The notes: generated from the sequence alone by a model not told the origin. Shown: positions 12,840 through 43,446, counted from the first letter of the stretch. The stretch: 64,000 nucleotides of DNA from Hormiphora californensis (GCA_020137815.1 CM035355.1:7812001-7876000); one strand, 5' to 3'. Numbers and translations are program-made.

Positions 12840-14041
12840 TCAAGGGTTTGTTTTTTACTAATTGAAATCTGGTTACCACCCTCATCACCGTGTACAATAC
12901 TCTGCTCAACAAGCCTGCTTTTCCGTGCCAGAAAGAGAGAAAAAGATAGGAAAAATATAGTTAGAGAGAAGCGATACTAAGTTTTAGTTGATACATTTCG
13001 CTCCATTCAAAAAGTTTACGTCTTTCGATTTTTGGTAGCTACCGGTAGGCGACCATGTCAAAAGTTTTCTCTGAAGCGAGTTTTTAAACTTTAATTGTAG
13101 TTACGCAGTGACTTCATTATGTTTTGCAAAAGTGAAAGAGCTACTTTGTAAGGCATGTCCTGCGTTTAATTTTGGTGCTTTCTAGCACTAAAAAGGACAG
13201 TTTTTCTTAAAGTAATTGATTTTTTTCTTCTGTTCACGTCGCAGTCTCATAAATGCGCTAGTTCATTTGCGATTTTACAAGAGGCACATGTCAATTAATT
13301 TGTCACTGTTTGGATCTCCTTGTGCCGTCTTGGTCGATCGTGCCAAAGATGATATCATTGCCGTCTATTAAATCTGCTGTCTACATGTAGACATTGCAAC
13401 CGCGCCGATAGAAGACAGATGTCTGAGTGGAACTGCAGATCAGTGCATGCATTGGTCTGACAGGAGTGGAGCTGAGTTTGTTTTCATTTTCTCCACTGGA
13501 GTAAATCCAAACACAGTGTCAATTTGTATTTAGATCTACACCGTGTAATTATCCTACATAGGCACACTTCCAATACGCTGTGCTGCTACAGTGCCATAAC
13601 TCTGGATCACACCCGGGTGTGATCTGGATGAGTGGAGAAGGGAGGAGAAGGGAGGAGAGAGAGTGGAGGAGAGAGGAGAGAGAGAGTGGAGAAGGGAGGA
13701 GAAGGGAGGAGAGAGAGTGGAGGAGAGAGGGAGGGGAGAGAGGAGAAGGAACTATTATTTGCTATTTCCCAGTTCTAGCTATCCGTCCTCATTCGTATTC
13801 CATAGTGGAACAATTTGTTCCAGCTCTGTCAACCATGCTCGCAGATAGACTCCATGCTGCACATTTTCACAATCAGACCCCCCCCTAATGCGATCAGGGT
13901 CGTGATCTGGAGATAGTCCGTCACTCCAATGCATCTTGATTCTTGCTATTTTTGTTTCTGATACAATCAGATTCTATAAAACACAATGCGTCTGTCACAT
14001 CTGTCACATACTCAGATGTAGCAGCAGATGCGTGTCTTCCC

Positions 14042-14080
<39 letters not shown>

Positions 14081-14378
14081 CTCTGTCTTAGATTTAAAGA
14101 GAGGGGGAGAGATGCAGCTGTGTATAACGTTAATCGGGTGATAATGTGCTGCGACAGGCGTGTCTGTGTGAGCTGCAGCTAGCTGCTTACTAAGCAGTGC
14201 TTAGTGTCTGCACTTGGATATTATACAATTACAACACGTTTATCTTTATTAGGTTTAATCCTGCTCGCTCTGTTTGTCTGTTCAGTTAGTATCATTATTT
14301 TGCTAAGGTCTCATTGCAATCATGCCTCCCAGAATCTTCCAGGAATTAAAACTACATTTTTTGCAGCTTCCTCCAGTT

Positions 14379-16560
14379 ATGTCTTTTATTCTACTCCTCC
14401 TGACTTCACTGTCAGCCCTTGTCAGCGCCCAACAATACTGCTCAGAGCCATGTGTTACGTTGGACGGGAATTTGCCTGACAAACTGAAGGTAAGATTGCA
14501 ATTGACGTCATAACAATTCAATGTCTCCAGAGTCCAGAGTCCAGAGTCCAGAGTCCAGAGTCCAGAGGGGGGGTGCCGGCCAATAATTAATGAGGATGAG
14601 GTCTTGTCCAGCGTTTTTCGAATTAATGAGGGCCCTCAAAAATCCTCAAAAATCCTCAATAATCCTCAATAATCCTCAACAATTATTTTATAGTTTTTAC
14701 AAAATTTTTTGACGATTACGCATATTATTGGGCACACACATTCCTTAATAGGAGTAAAACAGTTAGACAATTTTCCCAGATAACCTGGTGATGACCCTAA
14801 AAACATCCTCAAAAGTCCTCAAAATGAGGCGAAATCGTCAATGTAAATATGGGGTAAATTTGTGCTGCCTCCACTCTGACGCGTGAGGCCCGGGTTCGAT
14901 TCCCGACCGGGCCCGGATGGGGACACTTTTTTTTAAATTTTGAAAACTTTATAAATGATTTATAAATGATTTCTAAAAATTTTCTAGACATTTATATTAC
15001 TAGGCAGCAAAATCGTTGATTTTTGGGACAAAGTTGGCCGCATATTTGACTGAAAATCGTATTTATCTAAAATTTTGAAAATCTGGGCACTGGGGTCTTG
15101 TCAAGCATGTGAAGTTATTAACTTTGCTAAAAGAAAGCAGTGCTTCAAATGTGGGAAGCCAAAGAGCACAGGCAAGAGCACTTGAATTGATAATCAGTGC
15201 ATTTTATACCTCTAAAATATAATCTATTATTGTTTTTTATCAGGCAAATTTGCTGTGTCAATGTTTAAATATAACGAAAAATTTTTGAGGATTTTTGAGG
15301 ATTTTTGAGGATTTTTGAGGGCTTGTCCAGTAAATAATAAATGAGGATTTTTGAGGTGACCTCAAAAATCCTCATAAATTCCGGCCGGAACCCCCCCGTC
15401 CAGAGTCCAGCTGCTCTGGTGTGTGGCAGAGGCTGCTGGAAGATATTTCGACAAGTAGTTGACAAAATATACCCCTCGTGTTACAGGTTACTTGTTGACT
15501 TTGCTAGGTTACTAACATTAACAACAATGTGTTACAGGACCATGTGATTAGTGGGATGGAGATCTGTTCACCTGACACCCCTGTAGTAGCATGTACTGAG
15601 GAGGCTCCCTTCTGCGTAAACTTCTTGACAAAGTAAGTAGCTAGTAAGTAGCTAGATATCTATATCTTTTTCAAAATCATACTTCGCAGTTCGCTATCCC
15701 CACCTTGATAGCTCAGTGACCTAGGGTAATTGACCATTCCTCAGCTCATGTGTTGTTGAGTAACTCAACAACTCATGTGCGATATAGTACCGCGGGGCCG
15801 GATAGGGTGAAGGGGGTCATATTTGTCTCACTCTCGGTCTAGTTCTACTGAAGAGCTGTATGGCGGCGCCATACCCCATTTGATTCTCACAGTGCGCTCA
15901 GATGGGGTCGCGGCGCCAGACAGCTGAAGAGGCAGTGAATCTATAACACACAGTTATTCTTTACACATGTCTCCCCCCATTCAGATTCTCAGTGAGGTGG
16001 AGTGATGCTCTGGTATACAAGTACGACTACTCGATGAGGTTCTGTGGGCCTAGTGATATCGGAATGGCAATGTGTACTGACTACCGGGCCAACTATAAAG
16101 GTAAGGTGGGAAACATGGGAAAACCATCGCATTGCATATGCATATATATGCATGCATCTGTTCACTTAATTTCTTATTATGAATCATGATCCAGATTATG
16201 TTATGGGGGTTGGGGACTACCTCAGTCTCACCCTTGTGCTGTTGTATGAACAATACAATCTCACCCAGCTGAAAAACAAATTTCTCAATATATTCCTCAC
16301 TACTACAGATGTTGAGACTCAATATATTCCTCACTACTACAGATGTTGAGACGAATGGAGTGGTGGAGGAGTGCACAGTTCGATATGGACTACTAGACGA
16401 TGAAGAAGAAGAAGAGAATGAAGCTAATAATAATGTGGTAGAGGAAGGCCCTGTTGAGGGTTTCCTATCTGACGATGGCAACGAGGGAAACAATGCTGCT
16501 ACCATGGCAACCACCGTGACAACCCTTATAGTTGTGTGTTCAACGGTTCTAGGACTCTGA
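14379..16560 (+). CDS. Secreted, probably GPI-anchored 8-cysteine protein (~179 aa, possibly Ly6/three-finger-like); exons 14379-14489, 15538-15632, 15985-16100, 16343-16560
   Basis: Signal peptide MSFILLLLTSLSALVSA; eight Cys across phase-consistent exons (0,2,1); acidic linker; hydrophobic C-terminus AATMATTVTTLIVVCSTVLGL*. Confidence 0.75.
14567..15397. mobile_element. G-ended foldback-type MITE with TIRs made of (aaaatcctc)n, carrying a tRNA 3'-half fragment
   Basis: gggggggtgccggcc ... ggccggaaccccccc; inserted in a (ccagagt)n microsatellite with gtccaga on both sides. Confidence 0.75.
14868..14934 (+). pseudogene. tRNA-Glu/Asp-like 3'-half fragment (T-arm/B-box) followed by a T run
   Basis: ggcccgggttcgattcccg...ggatggggacactttttttt; no D-arm or complete acceptor stem. 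Confidence 0.5.
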
Positions 16561-16911
16561 ACACGTGATATGTCTTTAGATATTCAGATTGATGTTTTGA
16601 TTTTATTTGTAGCTAGGATAGATACATGTTTTTGGGATATGGAGTTAACCAAAAAGTAAAAACAAAGTACAATTTAATTAGTGAATGAAAAAACTGAAAT
16701 TCTAGAATGGTTTGAGGAAAACGTTTGAGGATTCATTTTGAACACAATCCAATAAACTTTGTCTGAGGATAAAAAATAAATTATATTATCGCGGAATACA
16801 AGTGTGGCAAAAGGTGCTATGACTATGCAATGGCTGTGTATTTAGTTTGTTTATGACTTTTGTAGAGTTTTGTTTGTGTGTGTTTTTATTAAGAGTCTAC
16901 CCTGTTTAACT

Positions 16912-17490
16912 GTCAGAGCATTGGCCTGACCCATTCTCGCTTCTCTCAAAGAGCGCGCGAGAACTGTGGTCAGAGCATTGGCCTGACAGCTGTTTAATAA
17001 AACAGCACAAAATTGTTGTATTGTGTTGACCCAGAACAGCTATTGGCTCCATTGCAACCTATTCTCGCGACCTCGATCTCACTCAGGTATCAATGTGGCC
17101 AAGAGCAGCTATTAATTTGCTCAGAGGTGCTCCGTCATATTGTAGCCACACGCACAGCTGTAATATAATAGGTATCTTGGATCGCTTGACACTGTACCCG
17201 TGCACAATTCAACAGGTAATACCTGTTGAATTGTGCACGGGAGGTATCACACAATTATGTATTCAGTTTGGTAATGTGCCGCTTCAAAGATGAAAATAGG
17301 AGCCCTGATGAAGTGACCAGCTTCAATGTCAGGCAGGAGTCAGGATCACCCCTGTCAGGCAGGAGTCAGGACCACCCCTGTGGGGGGGGGCAGGAGTCTG
17401 GAATCAGGACCACCCCTGTCAGGCCAATGCTCTGACCGCAGTTCTCTCGAAGAGATGAGAATAGAGTCAGCTGTCTTAATGCTCTGCCAA
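16912..17490. mobile_element. MITE-like element with inverted ends
   Basis: gagaactgtggtcagagcattggcctgacag (~16959-16989) is the reverse complement of ctgtcaggccaatgctctgaccgcagttctc (~17416-17446) with one mismatch. Confidence 0.6.
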
Positions 17491-18083
17491 CCATTACATG
17501 TGTTATAGACTGAAAACAAGTTGGATAGCAATTGTTTCAAAAAGTTCGGGGTTCAATAATAAAGTAACATATCATGTACGAACCAAAACCTCTTACTCAC
17601 ACACACTTGAAAACCGTATCTCTTTATCTCTTCTCTCTCTCTGTGACTAAGTGTCTCTATCAATCTGACTCAAACTCTCACAAAATCATCTATCTCTTGC
17701 CTGTCTCTCTCTGCAACTTTGTGTCTCTCTATCTCTCTGCCTCTAACTGTCTCTCTCCATCAGTCTCTCTCTAACAAACATATGTTCTACAAACAATAAT
17801 TAGTGTTACTTACTACTTAGTTACTGTTACTATAAGTGCGCAACAAACTGTTACTGTTTATAATAATTCAGATCTTTATCTTGGAAAATCAGGTTAAAAA
17901 TATATAGACAAAATAAAACCTGGGAGGGGGTCAAAAGGGATATCTCTCGGACATAAACTGTTCATACCGGCACGAAAAAAAGTCTGGTTAATTAGTTGAC
18001 CCTTGTATAATAATTAGGTATGCTCAGACTGTAAAAATACACGGTACGAGCTGGAAAAAAACTGTCTCTCTTTCAAAAAAACT

Positions 18084-33661
<15,578 letters not shown>

Positions 33662-34087
33662 CTCAGTAACATTTTAACCTAGAGGAAGAGGTATCATCTG
33701 TGTTAAAAAGAGAGTTGGGGTTTATATAATAGCTGGGGTCTGGCCGCATGGGAATTTAGGGAAGATACAAAGAGAGAGAGAAAGAATTATTGAAAACTAA
33801 GTAGAAGATGATTCACATACAGCTTGTTTAGCACGATTTAAACAAGGTGTTACAAGCCGGGATCATAAGTTGCTGATCGTACACAGCTCAAGCTGAATGG
33901 GGGTATAAAAAGATAGAGGGAGAGAGCTGTAGAAATAGAGAGAGAGCGAGAGAGAGCGAGGGAGAGAGGTAGGACTAGAACAACTTATAATGCCTACTGC
34001 ATACATAACGGGTAAGTATGCAGTTCGCACAAGGCGCTACAAGAGTACGAACGAGGAAGAAATGAGAAGTGGGGAGTGAGAGAGAGT

Positions 34088-34125
<38 letters not shown>

Positions 34126-37100
34126 CTGTAGTAGTCCCCGCTAGGAAAACTTTAATAATGTCAACGGGGAGCTAAGGGAAAGAAGAGAAGAGGCAAGGAT
34201 AAAAGGGGTGGGAGAAGTTGAGTTTCCGGTTTTCTATTCATAGGGTTACATTTTGCTACCCTAGGGAAGAGACTCTGATCTAGGACGAATATGTGTAAGA
34301 TAAAGCTGTTCTAGCTAGATGATTGTGATAAACCAACTTTCGTTCTGCTTGGGGTGGGGGGGGTGCTGAGACACGTCATTCTTCACAACCTCATCATTTT
34401 GTTCAAACCCGGGGAGTGAAGGTCGAACAAGGCAAATCATCTCCCACATACGCTACTAGATCATGGATCTTGTACAATATAAAATGTCTCAGGACAAAAC
34501 GGGAAAGTAAACGCAAGCTTACACAATGGCCTATAACATGTGTCTAGAGCTCCTGTGAGCCCTCTCTCACTGTCTAGATAGTGATTAGAGCAATTAAAAC
34601 GGCATTATACTGCCTGTCACTATAGTGCCTCTCTTCTTTATCTGACGGGTTGAGATAACAAGCTGATCTTTCCCTTTGTCTCTCTACTATATCTCCCCGG
34701 TATATATCGCATATCTCCACCTACTTTTTGTCAACTTTTTACCCTGATTTCGTATAAAAACCAATTCACTGGACTTCAACTCACTGGACATTGGACACTG
34801 GACTTCCCCTCTTCTTCTTCTACGGACTTCCCCTCACTGAACGTCTATATTCTGGATCAAAGCCAAAGATATATTACAGAATGATAGGGGCAGGGGGGTT
34901 CGTCATTTTCCTAACTATAGAGGTAAAACTCGTAGCTCGCTATCTGTCCCTTCATGCCGACACGAGGATCAGATGGGAGGATTATAAGGTGTCAGGAAAA
35001 CAAACGTACTAAAGAATGCAGTGAGAAAACTCTCTCCTTTCTCTGATTCCTGCAATCGAATGAAGCTATCTAGCTTGTAATAACTGTAATGCTGAATGAA
35101 GCTATATAGCTTGTAATAACTGTAATGCTGTGCATGTATCCTAACAAGCTTCATGAATGTGATTTGCATGCTACGTTCTCTTATAAATCATATTCCTAAC
35201 TCTCACTCCTTTTCTTCTTTCTAAGCCTATTACTATTACTTTTTCGCAGCCTCATCTAACTCACCTAACTCACTCTCACTCACCAAAATTCAATAAGGTT
35301 CCTATGACGTGTAAAAAAAACTTAAAAGTTGAAAACTAGGTAGAATAGCTGTTGAACAAATTCGTTCCGCAACGACCTCTATGAATATTGAATACGATCA
35401 AAGAAACGTTAAAACTTTGACCCCGGCTTGCGTGCCTTTCTCGATTCTATAGAACGAGCTGATACTACCACACATCAACTAGAACCATCTATCTATCTAG
35501 AACTAGAATCATCGCGATGAATCGATCTATTGAATCATTTCTCAAGGTGTGGTGATAACGGGGGAAATGGGAATTGTGAAGCCTTGAACTCTTGAAGATA
35601 AGGCAGAACGGTAATTCAAATCAATCCAAAGAAGAAACATACGTCATACCTAAATAACTTTTGACTCTGATATAATACGGAAGAATACGCGGTTTTGGAA
35701 GAACGATGTAGACCACAGAGAACGCAAGTACACACCAGTACACGCAAGTCGACAAGTAACAAGTTAGAGCGGCAAGGAGGATGATAGAGCGAAGATAGAG
35801 CGAAGAAAAGAGGGATAGAGGTAGAGAGCGAGAGAGACTGGGAAAGATAAAGCGAAGGCAAGGGAAGGAGAGAAAGTAAGAGATAGTGGTAAAAGATTGA
35901 GCGAAGGAAGGAGAGGACACGTGTTTTTAACTTGCGTGATTCCGAACAAGCTTTGTGGAGGTAGAGAAGGTACGTCGAGTTACTATACCACCGCAGAGAG
36001 TGAACTATAATTCTGTAGGGACTAGAGTAGAGGACTAGAGTTACTACCACCGCAGAGATTGTTTTGTTCAAACAAGGCAACGCAGAGAGTGAACTATAAT
36101 TCTGTAGGGGGGAGTTGTCTTGATAGATACATGGCCAGAAAACGTGTGGGTATGCAGGGAGTGACAAATGTTAGCACGGAGAAGACATTAAAAAAGTTTT
36201 ATTGAGCAGAATATTTCACGGAGACAGTACGAACAGGGTATAAGTACTGCAGTACAGGACAGAAGATTATGGGTGTAATCATAACAAAAACAGTTGTTTT
36301 GAAATTCGTAACACACGTTGAAATCAGAGAGCTGAGGTAGGTGAAATCAGAGACACAACTTCTGCTGTACAATATATTGTGAACCGGTGTGAACACCATC
36401 TGGTGGTGGGTGGACTCCACCCGGTAGAGTCGTGAGATGAGATAATTATTAATGGACGGTTGAGGTTTAACATTATCTTACAGCACTAATTATCTTACAC
36501 TTGGTGAAACACCCAAATCTTTACTTTCCAATCGATACAAAAAGATGATAAAACCAAGAATCAAAACATACACGGCAATCAATCGATTTCTATTGAGTTT
36601 GGTGATCTATAAGGCTGTAATTTTGCGCTACATTTTATCTCAAATTTATCTCTCTTTTCCTCAAGCTTTGTTTCTCTCAAAGATCAATTTAATTTTTCAT
36701 TATTTCTCTCATCATCTCTATTTTGCTGCTCCATGAATTCTTGCTCAGTTCTCATTATTCCGAATAACCATGAAGCATTGAAGCATCTACACATTAATTA
36801 TGTATTCTAAATGTTCACCCATCATATTATGTAAATGTAAAGTTATAATATAGAATTATCTTTGTTTAAAATCAAAAGAAACATCAAACACTTCTTGGCC
36901 CTACACGGAGAGCTGTGGAGACTAATGGAACTAACACAGAGCTAAAATGGCATTGAGGAGCTCTATCCTCTTGAATAGAAAAATTGAAAAAGCAGACTTA
37001 CTGAGAATGGTCGCTACTCAACGCCAAGATTTTGATTTCCGCAGCTCACAAAAAAGTATTTTACTTCCACAATTACTAAGTCAGGAGTCTGTCTGTAACG

Positions 37101-38041
37101 ACGCAGTGAAAAACCGAAAACGAGAGACAATGAAATAAAAACAAAAGTGGGTGGAGACACAGACAGAGGAAAACACACATACATGGCATTACACAATACC
37201 ACACACATGTACGTGTGTGGTAATTAGTTGGTAATTGTGTTACCTAATCTGTGGGAGAACACACGCCTACACGTGCACAAGGCACATGTGCACGACATTG
37301 TATGTGGTGCACACTGCACGACACACATGTGGTGCACACACATGTCTGGTAAACTGATTAAAAAGGTGCATTTAACAGAGGGGAGCATGGCCGGGATGAC
37401 AACATGTCTAGCTGTACTCGACAATTATATTACAGTGGCCTATTCCTGTTTGAGTTTTAGGACCACTCCTTCTGCTGATTAGGTCATGTTATTACATGTA
37501 CAGTATTTAGGGAACAGCAGACATCAGGCAGTCTGATTCAGGCTACTAAAACGGGACTCACGTTAATAACTTTGTGCTGTCTAACTCCTTATTTGGGTAT
37601 GATGTAGCTGTATAACTCCTTATTTGGGTATGATGTAGCTTGCGAGAAGAAACACATTATGAGAGAGAGAAGGGCCGAGAATAATAGGACGGAATAAAGC
37701 ATCAGCGACGAATAATGGGACTGGAAGAGATAGAGTAACGTGGGAGAGGAAGATATAGGGCCAGGGAGAGTTTTTAGGAGGGTGTTGTACAAAAAGTAAA
37801 ACACGTGGTCTCAATATAAAACAAAAAGTTTTATTTTTGAAGAAAATGATATGGGATCACACAACTTATTATGATACAAAAAACACGGTTTTTTACAGAA
37901 CAAAATTATATGCAAGATAATAATTTCTCGTGGCCTGTATTTACTAGACACAACATACATGTTGCGTTACAGAATGTTTTACATGTCCAGAGATTAATGT
38001 CTATGCCCAGAGATATATATGATCACGTGTTATAGCATGAT

Positions 38042-38513
38042 CAGGAACCGACCGAAACAAGTAAACAACCAATCAGAACTCGTTATTTAGGTCCCGTGAC
38101 TGGTTATCAGTGACAGTTTTAGACGTCTTGACAAATCTCTGTAAACATATCAGTGAATAACATTGTGCACTTGGGGTTGCGGAAATTTGCTCGAAGCACA
38201 CTACACATATATAATGACGTATAGATTTGAAGTGAGTTAAGCCCAGAAAACCATCTAAAATGGTGAAACTGTTTTTCCAAAAGTGGTTCACTAATAATAT
38301 GGTTTTCTGAGTAACTTAACTCCTGTTAATAAACTCTAAAATATACAACTTGATTTAAAAATAAAACACACTCATTTTGTCAAAACTAGCTAAGTCAATT
38401 AGCCATTCATCAAGTTTTACCGGTAAACATTCATTGATGTCAGGAACCGACCAATCAGAACTCGTTATTTAGGTCACGTGACTTGTTATCAGCCAATCAG
38501 GGACCAGTTCCTG
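38042..38513. mobile_element. Two family A MITE remnants: 38042-38110 (truncated) and 38441-38513 (internally deleted)
   Basis: Match to family A; the second has 8-bp TSD attgatgt. Confidence 0.85.
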
Positions 38514-39029
38514 ATTGATGTCGATTGATCAGCATTGTAACACATTACACACATACAGCATGTATACGTATAGCACACAGAACAGTCACTTATACGACAT
38601 TATAGGGTGACTAGCAAGGTCTTTCGAGGCATATGTCTCTAACTCAGAATGCAGATCTAAATGCAGATCATAGTAATCGGGAAGTAGCGAACATATAAGA
38701 CAGATCAAACATGAACATCTTCTTTCAGTTCCCCAATAAACTTTTCAACGTTCTTTCCAGAGAATTTCACTCAGATATATGTATGGTATGTAATGTATAT
38801 TTTAAACTGAGTCATAATCAGTAGTTGGTCGATTTGAATAGTCACATAGGTTCATCTTGATTGTCCCTTTGAACCACACTTTGTCATTAACACATGAATG
38901 TCACAAATACAAAATGGCAACAAGTCTCTCTCTCTCTCTATCTCCCAATTATTGTCTTCTCCCAATATTGTCCCATCTCATCAGCCCCCAGAGTTGGATT
39001 AACACACATGTCATATCTCACGTCCCACT

Positions 39030-41688
39030 TCAGCCCATGAGGAACTTCCTGTACTTGTCATCCAGGCACCCCAGGACGTCCTCCATGAGATCAGGTGTCT
39101 CAAACATCAGGGAATTCATGGTGCCTTCGGAGCTGATGGGAGTATCCTTGATAAGTGATTCATCGTTATCAGGGTGTGATTCTTCTTTCTTGTGGCTGGT
39201 TGATTCGTTGCTGCTGTTACTGGATTCATCCAGCTCCTGACATCTCTTGGCAATGTCCAGAATATCCTGCCACTGAAACAGAGAGGTGTTACTTCATTGG
39301 GTTACACAGGGTTACACAGGGCCACTGAAACAGAGAGAGGTGTTACTTCATTGGGTTACACAGGGTGATATCGGATCTGTACAGATGATGTATTATTCAT
39401 ACAGGGTACCCCCTAAAAACCTCACCAGGCACATTCCTAGATGGTAGATGATTAGTAGTATATAAAATAGCCCCGCTGTAACACGATTCTGGTGTCTGGT
39501 GATGGTAGATGATTCTTGTGGTATGAAGCACTAAACACACAAGATGACTCACTGTGTCAGTGATTGTGCAGTATCTGGTAGTATCTGATTCTATTGCACT
39601 TATAGTAGCTCTAGTTGATCAGCTGTATCTCTCTAATCTCTGTATATCTCCCTCTATCTCTCCCTCTCGTTGCATCTCTCATCTATCCCCCTCTGTCTCT
39701 CTAGTCTTCCTCTATCTCTCTCTTTCCCATGTCTCTTTAATATCTCTCTCCTTCTACATTATATAATACTGCTTCGGCCGTTTTAAGATTTCTGACTAAT
39801 GTGTACAGTAGGGCGTGTGTAATACTTCATTAGGGTGTGTTACAGCACACACACATATTGCATACACATGGCATTTCATAAATGCAGAACAATATTCCGA
39901 GAATATAATGCACGTGTCATGTACTTTAATACCGGGTCATGTACTTTAATACACCGGGTAAAACTATCTGGAATCACTCTGTCAGGGATCAGAGAGATAT
40001 TTACCAAAAATTCTCCCTAGTAACTTAGGTAAAACTTCTCACTCAGGGATCTCTCTGCCAGGTAAAGATCTCTCTGCCAGGTAAAGATCTCTCTCCCGGG
40101 GATATTCTCCCTAGTTTGTATGCATGAAGCACATTCCACGTTGTAACTACTACTACGCAGTAAAGATATATCATTGTCTAATTCTAGATCGCTATGTGTG
40201 TGATGATTTAGCAGTATGTGTCATGGAATTATGTTGTATCCTAAATAGCGTGTTGTGTGTGATGATTTAGCAGCTCCCGTCATGGAATTATTGTATCCTA
40301 AATAGCGTGTTGTGGTGCGTTAACATCCCTGTTTAAAATATGATCATAATATGATCACGCTCCTAAAATCATCGCATCTCAAGTTAGAAGTATGGATGTA
40401 TGGACTATGGATCACACATAATCAGATGATATATAAAAGGAGTAGGAACTAAGAACATTAGATACATCTAACTGTAAGTTCTAGTGGAGTTACAGTTGTT
40501 AGGCTAATGTCATTTCTCCATCTCAGCAGCAGCGGCACTTCTACTGTAGTACACAGATACACATGTGCTGCTCTAACCCTTGTGATGTTATAATACATGC
40601 TTTAACTCTTGTTGTGTGGTGAGTGAGGTTCTAGCAAGGCATCGAGATACTCTTTATCTGCTTTGCTAGATACACCTCAGAGAGCAATTAGAAGAGGAAG
40701 AAAGAGGAAGAAAGAAGAAGAAAGAAGAAGAAAGAGGAAGACGAATATGTGTGCAGTGACGTGGGGGTGACGCATGTTTCAGTGCTATAAATTCAAGATT
40801 GTGAATCATTTTGAATTGAGATTCAGAGCTTGAAAAGAAAAAATCTTCCGACCGCAATTTTACTGTGGGCCTATTATAGAAGACAAGATGTATAATGTCC
40901 CTCGGCAGATTAAATAGTTGCACCATTACTATATCGAGGGAAATTGCTGAAATTGAACACCGGAATCGGAAAAACATTTCCCACCACACCTGTCAAGTGT
41001 GTGAGGGTGTGTGTTAGAGACACACATGATATTGTGATAGGTTTAAGAGAGAACTCTGGAGGAGAGGGAATTTAACACGTACGGAGGGGGAGACTCTTAG
41101 GTCATCATAATATGCTATGTGTGTGTGTGAATTAATGCAACCTAGAAAGTTCTTATACAACAGGATGTTAGAAATAATATTATTCGCCTGTCAAACATCT
41201 CCATCCTATAATGAGCCTAGCACTGTGAATTCTTACCAGTTACCAACCCCGATTATATAAAATGAACTGTTAAAATAACCACCCTAAAACGTCGCTCAAT
41301 CAATATACTGAACCAATATATATCATCCCTCTCCCATTTGCTCAATCAATATATACTGAACCAATATATATCATCCCTCTCCCATTTGCTCAATCAATAT
41401 ATACTGAACCAATATATATCACCCCTCTCCAATATATCACCCCTCTCCCACTTGCATCACACACACATCACACATCACACACACACACACACACACATCA
41501 CACACACTATAACTCACGGCAGATGGCACGGACTCAGTATCGACATGGTGAGAATCCGTTCCAATGTGGACCACATGTTTGAAGTTTGTGGGGGACCCAA
41601 CTTCAGGAAGTCTGCCCCTGGACAATCTCCGTGATGCTCGGAGGGGAGCTAGTCTCTCAGCAAAGGACTTTCGTTTTTCTACCTGCAT
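39030..41688 (-). CDS. Small kinase-less CRIB-domain protein (~137 aa); exons 41688-41518 (alternative ATG 41721) and 39272-39030
   Basis: CRIB VGSPTNFKHVVHIG; phase-0 gcc|gtgagt ... tttcag|tgg; second exon WQDILDIAKRCQEL...PDLMEDVLGCLDDKYRKFLMG*. Confidence 0.75.
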
Positions 41689-42005
41689 GTTGTATTGTGC
41701 TATAGCTACAAAGGGTGTCATGGGTTAGTTACTTGAAAGAGGGGGAGTTGGGACAAGAGAGGGGGGTGGGGGTGTGCAAGCGAGGATATATATGTGGGGG
41801 AGTTACAATAAATGTCAGCTACACACAAGGAAGAGAGATAGGTTTGCTAGTTGTGTTACAAACAATAGATCTATATCACACATTGTTCTCTCTCACAAAG
41901 GCATGGTTTGAGGGTGGGGGGAATAAACAAGCAGAAATAATGGGGAAAATGTGTAAAAATGTTTAACCAATATAATTTTCTACAATTTGAAGCGAAATAT
42001 ACACA

Positions 42006-43446
42006 TTTAGGTGCCGGCAGGCACCTCCGACCCGAAGAAAACAGAAAAAACGAAAGAAAAAAAAATTTTGCCCCTGCACCAAATCCAAAAAGCCGGCCCT
42101 ATTTAGGTGCCGGCAGGCACCTCCGACCCGAAGAAAACAGAAAAAACGAAAAAAAAAATTTTTGCCCCTGCACCAAATCCAAAAAGTGACGGCCCTATAT
42201 AGCAGAAGAATAGAAGATTTTCGGGGGGGGGGGGGGGGGGGGGGGGGGGGCAAATTTCAGGCAGCGATTGCGGCCACATCGTTTGAGATATCGACCTGAA
42301 ATTTTGTAGGCATGTTCTAGTAGTATAACTACGTGTCATAACGTGGCCGGATTTTTGATTTTTTAATTAATTAATTAATTATAAGCTATCAAAATTTGCC
42401 CCTGCACATTGCCCCTGTACATTTTGATTTTTTGCCCCTGCACGCGTGCCCCTGCACACGGTTTATCTTCCGTTCTGCTTGAAATATCGACTTGAAACTT
42501 TGTAGGAATGTTCTTCAATCATAAAAAATGATATTCGAAAAGTGGGAGTATTGAAAATTAATTAATTAATTAGTTATAGGCATGCAAAAATGGACTTTTT
42601 TAGGGCCCCCTGCACTTTTTTTGAAAATGTACAGGGGCAAATACCCCTGCACATTTTTTGCAATTTTGATATTCAAACTGTGGCCAAACCGTTTGTTTTT
42701 TCGAAATGAAACTTTGTATGCATGTTCTAGTAGTATAACTACGAGTCATAAAAAGGCTGGATTTCTTATTTTTAATTTAACTAATTAATTATAAGTAATT
42801 AAAATTTTGCCCCTGCACCATCTTTCCCCTGCACCGCTGATTTCGACCCCCTGCACATTTCCTGAACAAGGCAACTAAAAATGGTATATTTTCTGTTCTG
42901 CTATAAATAACGACCTAACATTTTGTAGTAATGTAGTTCATGCATATAGAAAGATCGACAAAAAGTGGGAATAGTCAAAATTAATTATCCAATTAATTAT
43001 AAGCAATTAAAATTTTGCCCCTGCACATTTTGCCCCTGTACATTTGCGGCAAATGTTGCCCCTGCACATTTTCGGTAAATTTGATATTCGAACTGTGGCC
43101 ACACCGTTTGATATTTCGAAATGAGACTTTGCATGCATGTTCTAGTGGTATAACTACGAGTCATAAAAGAGCCGGATTTCTGATTTTTTAATTAATTAAT
43201 TAATTATAAGTAATTAAAACTTTTGCCCCTGCACAATTTTGTTTGCCCCTGCACAATTTTTGCAACTTTGATATTCAAACTGTGGCCACACCGTTTGAAA
43301 TTTCGAAATGAAACTTTGTATGTATGTTCTAGTAGTATAAATACGAGTCATAACGGAGCCGGATTTTTGATTTTCTAATTAATTAATTAATAATAATCAA
43401 TTAAAACTTTTGCCCCTGCACCAATTTGGTCAGTGATCTAATCGTT
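42006..43446. mobile_element. Helentron/HINE-like element with internal tandem repeats; 5' end duplicated
   Basis: ttt-aggtgccggcaggcacct hairpin twice (~42006, ~42102); many gcccctgcac motifs and repeated ttaattaattaatt blocks. Confidence 0.55.

Noticed and set aside
11963-12980. SLSLSL / RERERE ORFs here and elsewhere (25.2, 31.0, 32.4, 54.6, 57.7, 59.1 kb)
   Set aside because: Translations of (CT)n/(GA)n microsatellites
14868-14934. Possible functional tRNA gene
   Set aside because: Only the 3' half is present; no cloverleaf can be built
35616-36167. 183-aa minus-strand ORF
   Set aside because: Low-complexity purine-rich sequence with a local duplication; no motif or splice support
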